A stretch of DNA of 64,000 bases, from positions 608,001-672,000 of the forward strand of contig CBDCWI010000002.1 of NCBI GenBank assembly GCA_965223325.1, given 5' to 3'. The notes beneath the pieces are model-generated. The model worked only from the letters and a program-made list of their open reading frames with translations. It made no database searches and was not told where the DNA came from. This stretch comes from Candidatus Multivoradales bacterium. Lineage in GTDB: Bacteria > Acidobacteriota > Thermoanaerobaculia > Multivoradales > Multivoraceae. Of the stretch, positions 10,329-20,072 are shown one piece after another (the stretch's first letter is position 1; each line of letters opens with the position of its first letter). Made by a program: the position numbers and the translations under genes.

Positions 10329-11377
10329 TAGCTCGCCCCTCCACTCGCCCTGAGCATGTGCGCCTCGCCCGACGGGTCCGCGCCAGGCGATGTGGCCTCT
10401 TCCTCATCCGCCAAGACCGCTGCAGTGCGCTCGACGAAACCGATGGCCTTCTCCCACGTCGTTTCGATCTCAGAGCTATCGGGCACGACCCGCGCAAACT
10501 TGACCTGGTCGGTTTCGGCCAGGAAATCGAGCAGAGCGTCCCGGTCGTCGGACTGAAACTCGGGCATGTCGCCAATGCCGGCGCGGATTTCTTCCTGGGT
10601 GAGATCAGTGACGTTCCAGCGGAATCGTTCCTCCACATAGCGACGCACGACGTGCGAGAGATCGAAGTAGTAGGCCCGGAGCGCATCGAGGTCCTTGAAG
10701 TCGGTGGTCCGCAGGCGTTCGAGCTCGAGCAGCGCGCGTCGGTGGGCTGGAACCTCCGGTCGCTCTCTGAGACCTCCCATCTGACGGCGCAACAGCCAGT
10801 AGACCAAGAGAGCCCCCAGGAGAAGCAGCCCCAGCGACAGTGACACCAACCAGATGGGGACCGCACGTGACGGCCGTCTGACCGGTTTCAAATCGCGAAT
10901 GTCAGAAAGCTCGGCGTCGTCGGCGGGCAGGACCGACTCGACTTCGAGAAACAGCTCTGGCGTCGAGGTGGTCTCGAACTCGGCCTCGGGCTCTTCGGCA
11001 TGACCCGGGGCATAGGTGACCTCGACCGCTGGCAGGGCGAACGTTCCGAGCAGATCGGCGCGCAGACGGTATCTGATGCGCTCGATCTCTCGGCCTCCTG
11101 GCGCTGGAACCGTTTCTTCGGTGCGATCGATAACCTGGAGGTCGGCGATTCTCTCACCGAGGTCGGGAACCCTGGGCTCGAAGGCTGGGTCGTGCTCGAT
11201 CTCGAGAGTGTAAGTCACCACGTCACCGGTCGTTGCCACCGCCCGATCGAGTGCGGCGCGCGCCTCGACCGGCGGCCCGACCGACTGAGCCTCGGGTTCC
11301 TGGCGCGAACTGCAGGCACCGAACACGGCCGTGCAGGTGAGAAGCAAGACGATTCCCGCTGGGCGGCAACCGGTCAT
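10328..11377 (-). CDS. Bat-operon lipoprotein/membrane protein (BatD-like/DUF4381-like)
   Basis: Lipobox-like FGAC, DIRDLKP then TM, C-terminal RRYVEERF...DQVKFA typical of the gene between DUF58 and batA. Confidence 0.75.
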   Translation of the reverse strand: MTGCRPAGIVLLLTCTAVFGACSSRQEPEAQSVGPPVEARAALDRAVATTGDVVTYTLEIEHDPAFEPRVPDLGERIADLQVIDRTEETVPAPGGREIERIRYRLRADLLGTFALPAVEVTYAPGHAEEPEAEFETTSTPELFLEVESVLPADDAELSDIRDLKPVRRPSRAVPIWLVSLSLGLLLLGALLVYWLLRRQMGGLRERPEVPAHRRALLELERLRTTDFKDLDALRAYYFDLSHVVRRYVEERFRWNVTDLTQEEIRAGIGDMPEFQSDDRDALLDFLAETDQVKFARVVPDSSEIETTWEKAIGFVERTAAVLADEEEATSPGADPSGEAHMLRASGGAS

Positions 11378-12303
11378 CGGTACATCCTGCGTTCACGCAT
11401 TCGAAAGAAGGCCAGCAGATCATCGATCCACGGCCGCACACTAGAAACCTCGAGCTCGCCGGTTCCAGCGCGCTGAAACGCGCGGCGGCGTTCCTCCTGG
11501 TCACGCCTGGCGCGGTTCGCAAAAACTCTCATCGCACCGGCATCGCGGGTGTCGATGAGTTGGCGACGACCAGTTTCAGCATCTTCGAGCTCCAGGAGAC
11601 CAACCGCCGGCAGCTCGTACTCGCGGGGATCGGTGATCGCGATCGCGGTCAGATCGTGGCGGCGTGCGGTGGCCCGCAGACGTTCGCCCAGTGACTGGTC
11701 GAGAAAGTCGGAGATAAGAAACACAACCGCGCGGCGCGAGACCACCTTGTTGAGGTATTCGAGGGCTATCTCGAGGTCGGTTCCCCGGCGCTCCAGCGTG
11801 CGGTGCCCGAGAATCTCGCGGATGACGCGCCAGACGTGGGCCCGCCCTTTCTTGGGTGGAATGAAGTGTTCGATGTCGTCGGCGAAGAGCACCATGCCCA
11901 CACGATCGTTGTTCTTGATCGCCGCGTAGGCAAGAACGGCAGCGACCTCAGCCGCGACCTCCTGCTTGAAGCGCTCCTGGCTGCCGAAGGCACCCGACGA
12001 GCTCACATCGACCACCAGCATCACCGTGAGCTCACGCTCCTCGCGATGTTCCTTGACGTGCGGTTGACCGGTGCGCGCGGTGACGTTCCAGTCGATATGT
12101 CGAATGTCGTCGCCGGGCTGGTACTCGCGCACCTGCTCGAACTCCATGCCGCGCCCCTTGAAGGCCGACTCGTACTCGCCGGCCAACACGTCAGTCACGA
12201 GACGCTGGCTCTTGAGTTGAATCTGCCGGATCTTCGTGAACAGTTCGGGCGAAAGCGTCTCGGCGCCGTCTACCCCTCGCCTGTTCTCACTCTCGAACAC
12301 CAA
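11374..12303 (-). CDS. DUF58 domain protein (MoxR-associated, VWA-like)
   Basis: FKGRGMEFEQVREYQPGDDIRHIDWNVTAR, DVSSS, FLISDF. Confidence 0.93.
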   Translation of the reverse strand: MVFESENRRGVDGAETLSPELFTKIRQIQLKSQRLVTDVLAGEYESAFKGRGMEFEQVREYQPGDDIRHIDWNVTARTGQPHVKEHREERELTVMLVVDVSSSGAFGSQERFKQEVAAEVAAVLAYAAIKNNDRVGMVLFADDIEHFIPPKKGRAHVWRVIREILGHRTLERRGTDLEIALEYLNKVVSRRAVVFLISDFLDQSLGERLRATARRHDLTAIAITDPREYELPAVGLLELEDAETGRRQLIDTRDAGAMRVFANRARRDQEERRRAFQRAGTGELEVSSVRPWIDDLLAFFRMRERRMYR

Positions 12304-12331
12304 AGCCCCCTAGCCCCTTCTCTTCCTGTCC

Positions 12332-13339
12332 TCAGGGAACGTCGACGGTGTTGAGGATTTCGCGGATCACTTCGTCGGGCCCGATGTCCTGGGCTTCGGC
12401 TTCGTACGACACGAGAACGCGGTGACGCAGAACGTCGGGTGCGGTCGTCTTGACGTCTTGCGGGGTCACGAAGGCGCGCTTGCCGAGAAACGCATTGACC
12501 CGCGCTGCACGCGCCAGCCAGATCGTGGCGCGCGGCGACGCGCCGTAGTCGACGAGTGAAACCAGGCGCTCGAGACCGCACTCTGCAGGCTCTCGGGTAG
12601 CGGCGACGAGATCGACGATGTAGTCCTCGACGCGGTCGTCGAGGTAGACGAGATCGGCAGCATCGCGCATCGCCTTGATGTCATCGCGACTGAGAACCGC
12701 GGACACCGAAGGATGTTCGCGACGGCCCATGCGACGCATGATCTCTTTCTCCTCATCGCGGTTCGGGTATCCGACCCGAAGCTTGAGCATGAACCGATCG
12801 ACCTGCGCTTCCGGTAGCGGATAGGTACCTTCCTGCTCGATCGGATTCTGGGTTGCGAGAACCAGAAAAGGGTCCGGCAATGCCAGCGTTTCATCGCCAA
12901 TCGTCACCTGGCGTTCCTGCATTGCCTCGAGCAGTGCACTCTGGACCTTGGCGGGAGCGCGGTTGATCTCATCGGCGAGCAGCAGGTTGGCAAACACTGG
13001 CCCGCGCTTGACCTCGAACTCATGGTCCTTGGGGCGGTAGATCTGGGTTCCCAGCACATCGGCGGGTAAGAGATCAGGCGTGAACTGAATCCGCGAGAAG
13101 TCTGCCGACACCGCCAGGGCCAGCGTCTTGATCGCGGTAGTCTTGGCGAGGCCCGGAATGCCCTCGACCAGCACGTGCCCGTCGGCGATGAGCGCCATCA
13201 GCAGGCGATCGATCATGTAGCGCTGCCCGACGATCACCTTGCCTACCTCGTCGCGCGCGGACTGAATGCGTTCACCGTGCGCCTCGATCTCCGCCCGCAA
13301 CTCATCGTTCGGCCGCTGGTTGGCCACACTGTCGGTCAT
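12332..13339 (-). CDS. moxR: MoxR family AAA+ ATPase
   Basis: Walker A GIPGLAKT, RIQFTPDLLPAD, Walker B LLADEINRAPAKVQSALLEAM, TQNPIEQEGTYPLPEAQVDRF. ATG 13339 behind GAGGGGAG. Confidence 0.96.
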   Translation of the reverse strand: MTDSVANQRPNDELRAEIEAHGERIQSARDEVGKVIVGQRYMIDRLLMALIADGHVLVEGIPGLAKTTAIKTLALAVSADFSRIQFTPDLLPADVLGTQIYRPKDHEFEVKRGPVFANLLLADEINRAPAKVQSALLEAMQERQVTIGDETLALPDPFLVLATQNPIEQEGTYPLPEAQVDRFMLKLRVGYPNRDEEKEIMRRMGRREHPSVSAVLSRDDIKAMRDAADLVYLDDRVEDYIVDLVAATREPAECGLERLVSLVDYGASPRATIWLARAARVNAFLGKRAFVTPQDVKTTAPDVLRHRVLVSYEAEAQDIGPDEVIREILNTVDVP

Positions 13340-13450
13340 TTCGTTCTCTCCCCTCGATGACACTGCTTCACGAACACTCTCAATGCTGCTTCAAAACTCC
13401 CCAAGAGAAACCTGCGGTCCGCTTCTGCGGGCGGCGATCCCCGAGGGGAC

Positions 13451-14299
13451 CTACTGCCGTCCCGCCCGCCGAACGCCCCGACCCGAGCGCTCACGATAGG
13501 CCCGTAGCCTGACTTCCAGCTGCCTCTCGACCTGGTCGATCAACCCCGTCACCTCTGGATCGCTGACGGACAATCCCCCATAGAGTACGCGTTCGAGCAC
13601 GGCTTTGAGGGTTCCTTCGTCGGCCGCCCCGATCTCCCCCGCCGTGGCGAGGTCGACCGTGTCGTGCCGCAGGCTCGCCAACTGGTCGAGGGCACTCTTC
13701 TCCCCCGCTCCAATCGCGCGCCGGGCAGCCTGCAGGCGTTCTTCGAACTCCAGCAGGCGAGGGTCCTCATGCGCGTTGGAACCCCTTGATCGCGCAGCCA
13801 CAACGAGGCCCAGAGCGGCGATCGCGACAAGCACCAGGGCGGCGAGCAACAACCGCCCATTGCCCTTCTCAGAGGCCGCGACCGCGACGAACGCCGGCAC
13901 CTCGACCTGGAGAGTGCGCTCTTCTCCAGCGCTCTCGAAGGGCCACTCGACGTACCCTGGAGAAAGCTCGCCGGCAGCGAGCGGCACCAGGTCGAAGACA
14001 TAGCGCACCACTTGTTGCCGACTGACCCGCCTGCTCGACTGCGCAACGTTCTGGCGTAGGAACTCGGGGCCGTGGTGGAGCTCGGGCACCAGTGCCCGCC
14101 ACGCGGCGTCGTCGAAGGTCGCCTCGACCTGGAGCTGCACCACCTCGCCAACGCTTCCTCGAGAGGAGGCGAAGGCCGCACTCAGTTCGGGCTCGCCAGC
14201 GAGGCCTGGAACCGTCGCCGCCGCTTCCTGGGCGACGACCAGCCCCACCGCCGAGAGGGACCACAGGAGTGCGAGGAGAATGAATCGAAGACTTGTCAT
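13451..14299 (-). CDS. Exported single-pass protein, BatD-like beta domain
   Basis: Signal peptide from ATG 14299 (MTSLRFILLALLW...), VGEVVQLQV / FDLVPLAAGEL pattern as in BatD, TM near the C-terminus. Co-oriented upstream of moxR. Confidence 0.6.
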   Translation of the reverse strand: MTSLRFILLALLWSLSAVGLVVAQEAAATVPGLAGEPELSAAFASSRGSVGEVVQLQVEATFDDAAWRALVPELHHGPEFLRQNVAQSSRRVSRQQVVRYVFDLVPLAAGELSPGYVEWPFESAGEERTLQVEVPAFVAVAASEKGNGRLLLAALVLVAIAALGLVVAARSRGSNAHEDPRLLEFEERLQAARRAIGAGEKSALDQLASLRHDTVDLATAGEIGAADEGTLKAVLERVLYGGLSVSDPEVTGLIDQVERQLEVRLRAYRERSGRGVRRAGRQ

Positions 14300-14620
14300 C
14301 GCTTGCCGGGGTCGAAGGGTGTGTCGAGGGTCTGGACCGCGAATCGGGAGTCGCCGCGTGTCATGCGGACGCCTGGTTCGCCCGCCGAGCCGCCAGAATG
14401 ACCTCTGTCGGTCGCCGACGGTACGCTCCAACGCCCGAAGGTCAGGCCTTGTGTCTTGACAATCGGCGGTTGCCGCAACGGACACAGCAATCCCCGGGCC
14501 ACAACGCGCCGAACTCGAGAATCGTTCCGATGCCGAGAGAAGCGCGCGCGCCACGTCAACAGAGAGACAAGGAATCGGCGGAAAGAACTGAGGCCTGCTA
14601 TGATGGTTGATCGGCCTAGA

Positions 14621-14636
14621 TGGTCATATATTTGCA
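14621..14636 (+). promoter_or_regulatory. Possible sigma54 (-24/-12) promoter
   Basis: TGGTCATATATTTGCA has exact GG-N10-GC spacing and TTGCA, but the -24 box is imperfect. Upstream of a small ORF and the sigma54 activator gene. Confidence 0.4.
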
Positions 14637-14751
14637 TAGGCACCCTTTTCTTTCTCCTTGCCTCCCCGGCTCTCCGCCGGCCTGCGACCCCCGCCGGGGT
14701 CGAACGATCGACGAACGATCAGGAGCGCACACTTCACCAGGAGCGCCTTCC

Positions 14752-15189
14752 GTGTTGACATCCCATCCATCTTCCCCGTCGCCGGCTGGTGGCCGCAAGG
14801 CCCCGGCGCGAGCCCGCCTTCCCATCGCCCTCCCCAACTGGATCGTGGTCGCCAAGCTTCACGACAAGAAGAACGATCGCACGCGGTCAACGCGCCGGCG
14901 CGGTCGGGCGGCCCGGGCCTGGTCGCTGCTCGAACGCGGCTCGGCGGTCGAAATCGAGGTCACCTCGCGTCAAAACCAGGCCGCCTCGCTCCTGTTCCGG
15001 GACGGCCGCTATGTGGGTTTTCGCCGTAACCGTGGCCGACTCGAGCGCAGCGAGTGTCCCGAGCGCCGCCGATTCGTCGAAGACTGCCGGCGCTGGCTCG
15101 CAGGAGATGGCACCGGAACTTCGGCCCAGTCAGCCGCAGGGCCCGTACGTCGACTGCTCGGCCAACTGCTCGAGAGTAGCTCTCGTTAG
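14752..15189 (+). CDS. Hypothetical small basic protein (start uncertain)
   Basis: 3' part of ORF 14620-15189 has GC-rich third codon positions and fills an otherwise empty gap. No recognisable motif. Confidence 0.4.
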   Translation: MLTSHPSSPSPAGGRKAPARARLPIALPNWIVVAKLHDKKNDRTRSTRRRGRAARAWSLLERGSAVEIEVTSRQNQAASLLFRDGRYVGFRRNRGRLERSECPERRRFVEDCRRWLAGDGTGTSAQSAAGPVRRLLGQLLESSSR

Positions 15190-15515
15190 AACAGCGTGGC
15201 GTCGATCCCGGAAGGTCGCTGAGCGCGCGCTGGCGCAGCTGGTGCCACGAGCTACCGAAAGACACGTATGATGCGTGCGCCCCGAAAGGCGCGAACGATC
15301 AAGCAACGCTCCCATCTCCCCTCGCACGAGGCTGGGAGCGGCGCGCGCGTGCTGCCACTTCGCTCGACGGCAGCTCCCGCTCGGTAAACACTGCTTTGCA
15401 GAGTGGTCCCCAGAGTGTCACTCTCTAGACCCCGTGGGTCCAACCGCCCACACGGTCGCCAGCAACCTCTCGCCCGCGCGTAGCCTCCACACTCTCAACA
15501 AGCTCCGGCCAGCTC

Positions 15516-17000
15516 ATGACGCCTTCTCCCGACAACGGCTCGCTGATTCTGATTGTCGACGACGATCGCACTCTCGGTCATCTGCTCAAGAGCTGGCTCG
15601 AGAAGGAGGGCTACCGGGTACAGACCTACACCGACGGTCAGTCCTGCCTGGCCGCACTGGCCCATACGCTCCCCGACGCCATCTGCCTCGATCTCCATAT
15701 GCCCGGCATGACCGGAATCGAGACGCTGGAGCGCATCAAGAGTCGCCACCCTCTGCTTCCGGTCCTCATTCTCACGTCCGACACGCAGGTCGAGTCGATC
15801 GTTGGCGCCATGCGCGTCGGTGCCTACGACTACCTCCAGAAGCCCGTCGACCGCCACGACCTGACCAACCGCGTCCGCCACGCTCTCGATGGTTTCGAGA
15901 TGTCGCTCAAGATCGCCCACCTCGAGCGCACCGCAGAAGGCAAGTCCTACCCCGGCATGGTCGGTAAGACGCCCGCGATGACCGCGCTCTACCGCCAGAT
16001 GGACCGTCTCACCTCCTCGGATATCACCCTCCTGATTCAAGGCGAGTCCGGCAGCGGCAAGGAGCTCGTCGCGCGCGCCATCCATCAACAGTCGGGGCGC
16101 GCCTCCGGACCTTTCGTGCCCGTCAACTGCGCCGCGATTCCCGAGACCCTGCAGGAGTCAGAGCTCTTCGGTCACGAGAAAGGCTCTTTCACCGGCGCTA
16201 CCGGTCGACGGATCGGGAAGTTCGAACAGGCCGATCGCGGCACTCTCTTCATGGACGAGATCGGCGAGCTGTCACTGCCAGCGCAGGCCAAGCTGCTCCG
16301 TGTCCTGCAGGAGCGCAGCTTCACTCGCGTTGGCGGAACCAGCGAACTGTCATCGGACTTTCGTCTGATCGCCGCCACCCATCGCGACCTGTCAAAGATG
16401 GTCGCCGACGGAGCTTTCCGCGAAGATCTCTACTTCCGGGTCGCGGTCTTCGAACTCGCCGTCCCGCCACTGCGCGACCGCAGCGACGATATCGCCGACC
16501 TGGCGAAGAAGTTCCTCGTCGACTTCGCATCGATGGAAGGGCGCCAACCGCCGGTGCTCGCCGAAGGGGCCCTGTATGTCCTCAGCCGCTACTCCTGGCC
16601 GGGTAACGTGCGCGAGCTCCAGAACGCCGTGCAACGTGCCCTGGTGATCACCGACTCCGAGGTCATCGACGCACAGCACCTTCCACCACGCATTCTCGAC
16701 AGCGTCGGAGAGACGAGAGCCTTCCCGGCCGTCGAGGAGCTCGCGAGTGACGCGGCAGCTGAGGGCATCGAGCAGCAAGCCTGGAGCGCCGGCATCGAAG
16801 TCCAGCACGAGAGCTCCGGCAGTGGCATCGCCTCGGCGCGGCGCGAAACCAAACCGATCCAGACTCTGGAGGACATGGAGCGTGACGCAATCGCCGCGGC
16901 GCTCGAACGCGCCGACGGCAACCTGTCGCGCGCTTGCCGAGAGCTGGGGATCGGGCGCACGACGCTCTATCGCAAGATCAAGAAGTACGAGTTGCGCTGA
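15516..17000 (+). CDS. Sigma54-dependent response regulator (NtrC family)
   Basis: REC (IVDDD, LDLHMPG, KP), Walker A GESGSGKE, GSFTGA, FMDEIGE, WPGNVRELQN, Fis-type HTH GIGRTTLYRK. Confidence 0.95.
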   Translation: MTPSPDNGSLILIVDDDRTLGHLLKSWLEKEGYRVQTYTDGQSCLAALAHTLPDAICLDLHMPGMTGIETLERIKSRHPLLPVLILTSDTQVESIVGAMRVGAYDYLQKPVDRHDLTNRVRHALDGFEMSLKIAHLERTAEGKSYPGMVGKTPAMTALYRQMDRLTSSDITLLIQGESGSGKELVARAIHQQSGRASGPFVPVNCAAIPETLQESELFGHEKGSFTGATGRRIGKFEQADRGTLFMDEIGELSLPAQAKLLRVLQERSFTRVGGTSELSSDFRLIAATHRDLSKMVADGAFREDLYFRVAVFELAVPPLRDRSDDIADLAKKFLVDFASMEGRQPPVLAEGALYVLSRYSWPGNVRELQNAVQRALVITDSEVIDAQHLPPRILDSVGETRAFPAVEELASDAAAEGIEQQAWSAGIEVQHESSGSGIASARRETKPIQTLEDMERDAIAAALERADGNLSRACRELGIGRTTLYRKIKKYELR

Positions 17001-17065
17001 CCGAGAGCTTCTCCGACTGCCACGTTGATACTCTCGAGCCATGTTCTCCTCACCGTTGAGGAGTC

Positions 17066-18739
17066 ATGACTGGGAGGGGGGTGTTCGTGCGCCTGAGAAT
17101 CGATCCCGCAGATGGCGACCCGTACGAAGCGGCACTCGACCGCGATTCGATGGTCATCGGGAGGTCCTCGACCTCGGACCTCAGCCTGCCTGACCCTTTT
17201 CTCTCGCGCTATCACGCGCGCCTCTACCGCGAGAACAACGACCTTCTGCTCGAGGACCTGGGGTCGCGCAACGGGACCTTTCTCAACGGGGTGGCGATCG
17301 ACGGGCCGACGCGCGTTGAAGCAGGCGATGAGATCCGGGTCTCATCCAGCATCATCGCGCTTTGTGACGGCGCCAAAGCGGAGCCCTCGCGGGCCGAGAT
17401 CGCCAGTGACCTGAACGCCACCATCTTTCGGCCGGCGCGTGAACTGCTGGAGGAGGAGAGTCAGACTCATCCGGGCTTGGTCGAAGACGGTGACGCTCTG
17501 CGCCGCTACGCCGAGCGGCTCAAGCTCTTCAACGAGATCCACGAGGCACTCACCGGAGAGCTCGACCTCCAGGAGCTGCTCGAACTGATCCTCGACCGTG
17601 CCTTCGACCACCTCGGCCCGGAGCAGGGCGTGGTCTTCCTCACCCAGCCCGACGGCTCCTACACCCGCGCGGCCCAACGCTCGTCGAGCGGCGACCACCG
17701 CATGCCACTGTCGCGATCGCTCATCCACGAAGTGTCGACCAAGGGCATGGCGGCACTGGTCCTCGACACTGCAACCGACACACGCTTCGCCGGCTCAGAG
17801 AGCATCATCATGTCCGGTGTGCGCTCACTGATCGCCGCGCCGATGAGCGATGCCGACGACCCCCTCGGCATGATCGTGCTCAGTTCGCGTGCCGGCGCCG
17901 AGCAGTTCTCCGAAACCGATCTCGAGTTCCTTGTCTCGATGGCGGCGGTCGCGGCCCTCAAGATCAAGAACGCCGCGCTGGCCGAAGAAGCGGCCGAACG
18001 CAAGAAGCTCGAAGCACAACTCGCGCTCGCACGCCGCATCCAGGTCAGTCTGCTTCCCAAGGAGCTCCCCAAGGTTCCCGAGCTCGAGATCTTCGCCGAG
18101 AACCTGCCCTCGCTGGGAGTCTCCGGCGACTACTTCCAGGTCGTCGAGCGAGATCACGGGGCGGAATACATTCTCCTGGTCGCCGACGTCTCGGGCAAGG
18201 GAGTACCGGCATCGCTCCTGACGGCTTCCCTCGAGGCCTTGTCGGCTGCACCGATCGAGGACGGCCTACCGACCGACGAGGTGTGCGCCCGGCTTTCCCG
18301 TCAGCTCTACCGGCGCACCCCGCCCGAGAAGTACGCCACCCTCTTCATCGCCGCCTATGAAGTCGAGTCTGGGCGAGTGAGCTATACCAACGCCGGCCAC
18401 AACCCGGCGATCGTCGTGCGTGCAAACGGCGACTTCGAGCTGCTCGAAACCTCGGGCATGCCGGTGGGGCTCATGGAAGGCGGCGCCTACGAGCGCTTGC
18501 AGTTCACCCTCGACCATGGCGACACCATGGTGATCTACACCGACGGAATCACCGAAGCTGAGAGCCCGGCTGAAGAAGAGTACGGAACCGACCGCCTGCG
18601 CGACATCGTCGTGCAGCACCGCAACGACTCGCTCGAGGACCTCGCCAAGGCGATCGCTACCGACCTCGACGCCTTCGCCTCCGGAGTCCCGTACCACGAC
18701 GACCGCACGCTGATGATCGCCCGCCGCGAGCGCCTATAG
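17066..18739 (+). CDS. FHA-GAF-SpoIIE (PP2C) phosphatase
   Basis: FHA (IGRS, SRYHA, DLGSRNGTFLNG), GAF (RSLIAAPM), PP2C (SGDYF, DVSGKG, NAGH, YTDG, DDRT). Confidence 0.93.
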   Translation: MTGRGVFVRLRIDPADGDPYEAALDRDSMVIGRSSTSDLSLPDPFLSRYHARLYRENNDLLLEDLGSRNGTFLNGVAIDGPTRVEAGDEIRVSSSIIALCDGAKAEPSRAEIASDLNATIFRPARELLEEESQTHPGLVEDGDALRRYAERLKLFNEIHEALTGELDLQELLELILDRAFDHLGPEQGVVFLTQPDGSYTRAAQRSSSGDHRMPLSRSLIHEVSTKGMAALVLDTATDTRFAGSESIIMSGVRSLIAAPMSDADDPLGMIVLSSRAGAEQFSETDLEFLVSMAAVAALKIKNAALAEEAAERKKLEAQLALARRIQVSLLPKELPKVPELEIFAENLPSLGVSGDYFQVVERDHGAEYILLVADVSGKGVPASLLTASLEALSAAPIEDGLPTDEVCARLSRQLYRRTPPEKYATLFIAAYEVESGRVSYTNAGHNPAIVVRANGDFELLETSGMPVGLMEGGAYERLQFTLDHGDTMVIYTDGITEAESPAEEEYGTDRLRDIVVQHRNDSLEDLAKAIATDLDAFASGVPYHDDRTLMIARRERL

Positions 18740-18756
18740 CCACGTACCCGAACCCT

Positions 18757-19704
18757 CTAGCGCGACACGACCTCTCGAATGAGCTCCAGCGATCGTCTGA
18801 TCGCGTCTCGTCCAACGCCGCGCACGCCCGGCCTGACGATGCAATGAGTCATGCCGAGCCGCTCTTCGAGCCCGGCGAGTCGAGCCGCCACCTGGTCAGG
18901 GCTGCCAACGATCGCCCACTCATCGACCGGCGACCGGCGCGGCCCCGGCCGTGCCTTCATCTCTGCCTCGAGCGCCAAGCGCGCCTGCTCGAGAAGCCTC
19001 TGTTCATGACTGGCGAAAACCGTTCGCATGATGGGAACCGCCAGACCCGGAATCATCGGCGGTGAGTCATGGGCTGGATCGCCTTCGGACAGCTCCAGAA
19101 ACGCTCTGCGATGGAGTGTGTGGTTGGTCGCAAGCTGCTCCTCGCTTTCGATTGGCGAAGCGAGATAGGGCAGCGCGAGGCGACCGACTTGTGCAAGCGC
19201 CAACGGACCGAAGGCCGCCACCCAGAGTGGTGGGTGAGGATTCTGCAGCGGCCGCGGCGACAGCTCGAGCGGCGTGTCGCCCGCCAGTGGTTCGCCCCGC
19301 CAGGCGCGCCGGATGACCTCGAGGTTGCGCTCGAAGATCAGACGCTTCGCTTTCGGGTCGATGCCCAGGACCTCGAACGTCGCGCGACGGAATCCGCGCC
19401 CGAGTCCGAGAATCAGTCGCCCGCCCGAGAGACGATCGAGGACGGCAATCTCCTCGGCCAGCAAGAGGGGCTGCCTGAGCGGCAGGAGGAGCGACGTCGT
19501 ACCGAGGACCAGAGTCTCGGTGCGCGCCGCCACTGCTGCCTGGACCAGGAGTGGAGCCGGCATACCACCCTCGTCGGCGAAGTGTCCCTCGGGCAGCCAG
19601 AAACTCTCGTAGCCGAGATCTTCGATCAAGATCGCCTGCTCGACCACTCCCTCGAGCTCGGACGCCAGGCGCCGGAGAAACGGTGTCGACCCCAGGTGTA
19701 GCAC
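18757..19704 (-). CDS. LLM-class flavin-dependent oxidoreductase
   Basis: FWLPEGHF, AVAARTETLVLGT, LAEEIAVLDRLSGGRLILGLGRG, PRPLQNPHPPLWVA. Confidence 0.9.
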   Translation of the reverse strand: MLHLGSTPFLRRLASELEGVVEQAILIEDLGYESFWLPEGHFADEGGMPAPLLVQAAVAARTETLVLGTTSLLLPLRQPLLLAEEIAVLDRLSGGRLILGLGRGFRRATFEVLGIDPKAKRLIFERNLEVIRRAWRGEPLAGDTPLELSPRPLQNPHPPLWVAAFGPLALAQVGRLALPYLASPIESEEQLATNHTLHRRAFLELSEGDPAHDSPPMIPGLAVPIMRTVFASHEQRLLEQARLALEAEMKARPGPRRSPVDEWAIVGSPDQVAARLAGLEERLGMTHCIVRPGVRGVGRDAIRRSLELIREVVSR

Positions 19705-20072
19705 CGGCGCAGTCTAGCTGCAGCCTCTCCACCGCCGAATGTTCCGGAGTGGGGCTGCTGGCACCTGTGCACCTTCGCCTTGACGATCCGCAGAACGAAC
19801 CGCACCTTGTCAGCCAGCAAAAGAAACAGGCAGGGCAACGAGGCCATCCGATGTACAGCGGTGATCCGTTTTCTCTGCTTTAAGAAGAGGCAAAGAAACG
19901 GTGCCGCGACAAAACCGTTGCCGAAATGCTCTATTCCGCGCATTTCGCCGGTGTACGATGGATCAGGGCCGATATCCTTGTCGATAGACCGTGCCTGGCC
20001 CGAGGATGGCCTCTGCCTTGCACCTCATGAGCCTGGCCGTCTCCCGGCCCACCTCGGCCCCAAGGTCCCCCC

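Noticed and set aside
19888-19925. Two sigma54-like boxes on the minus strand upstream of the LLM gene
   Set aside because: One has the wrong GG-GC spacing and the other has GT instead of GC at -12.
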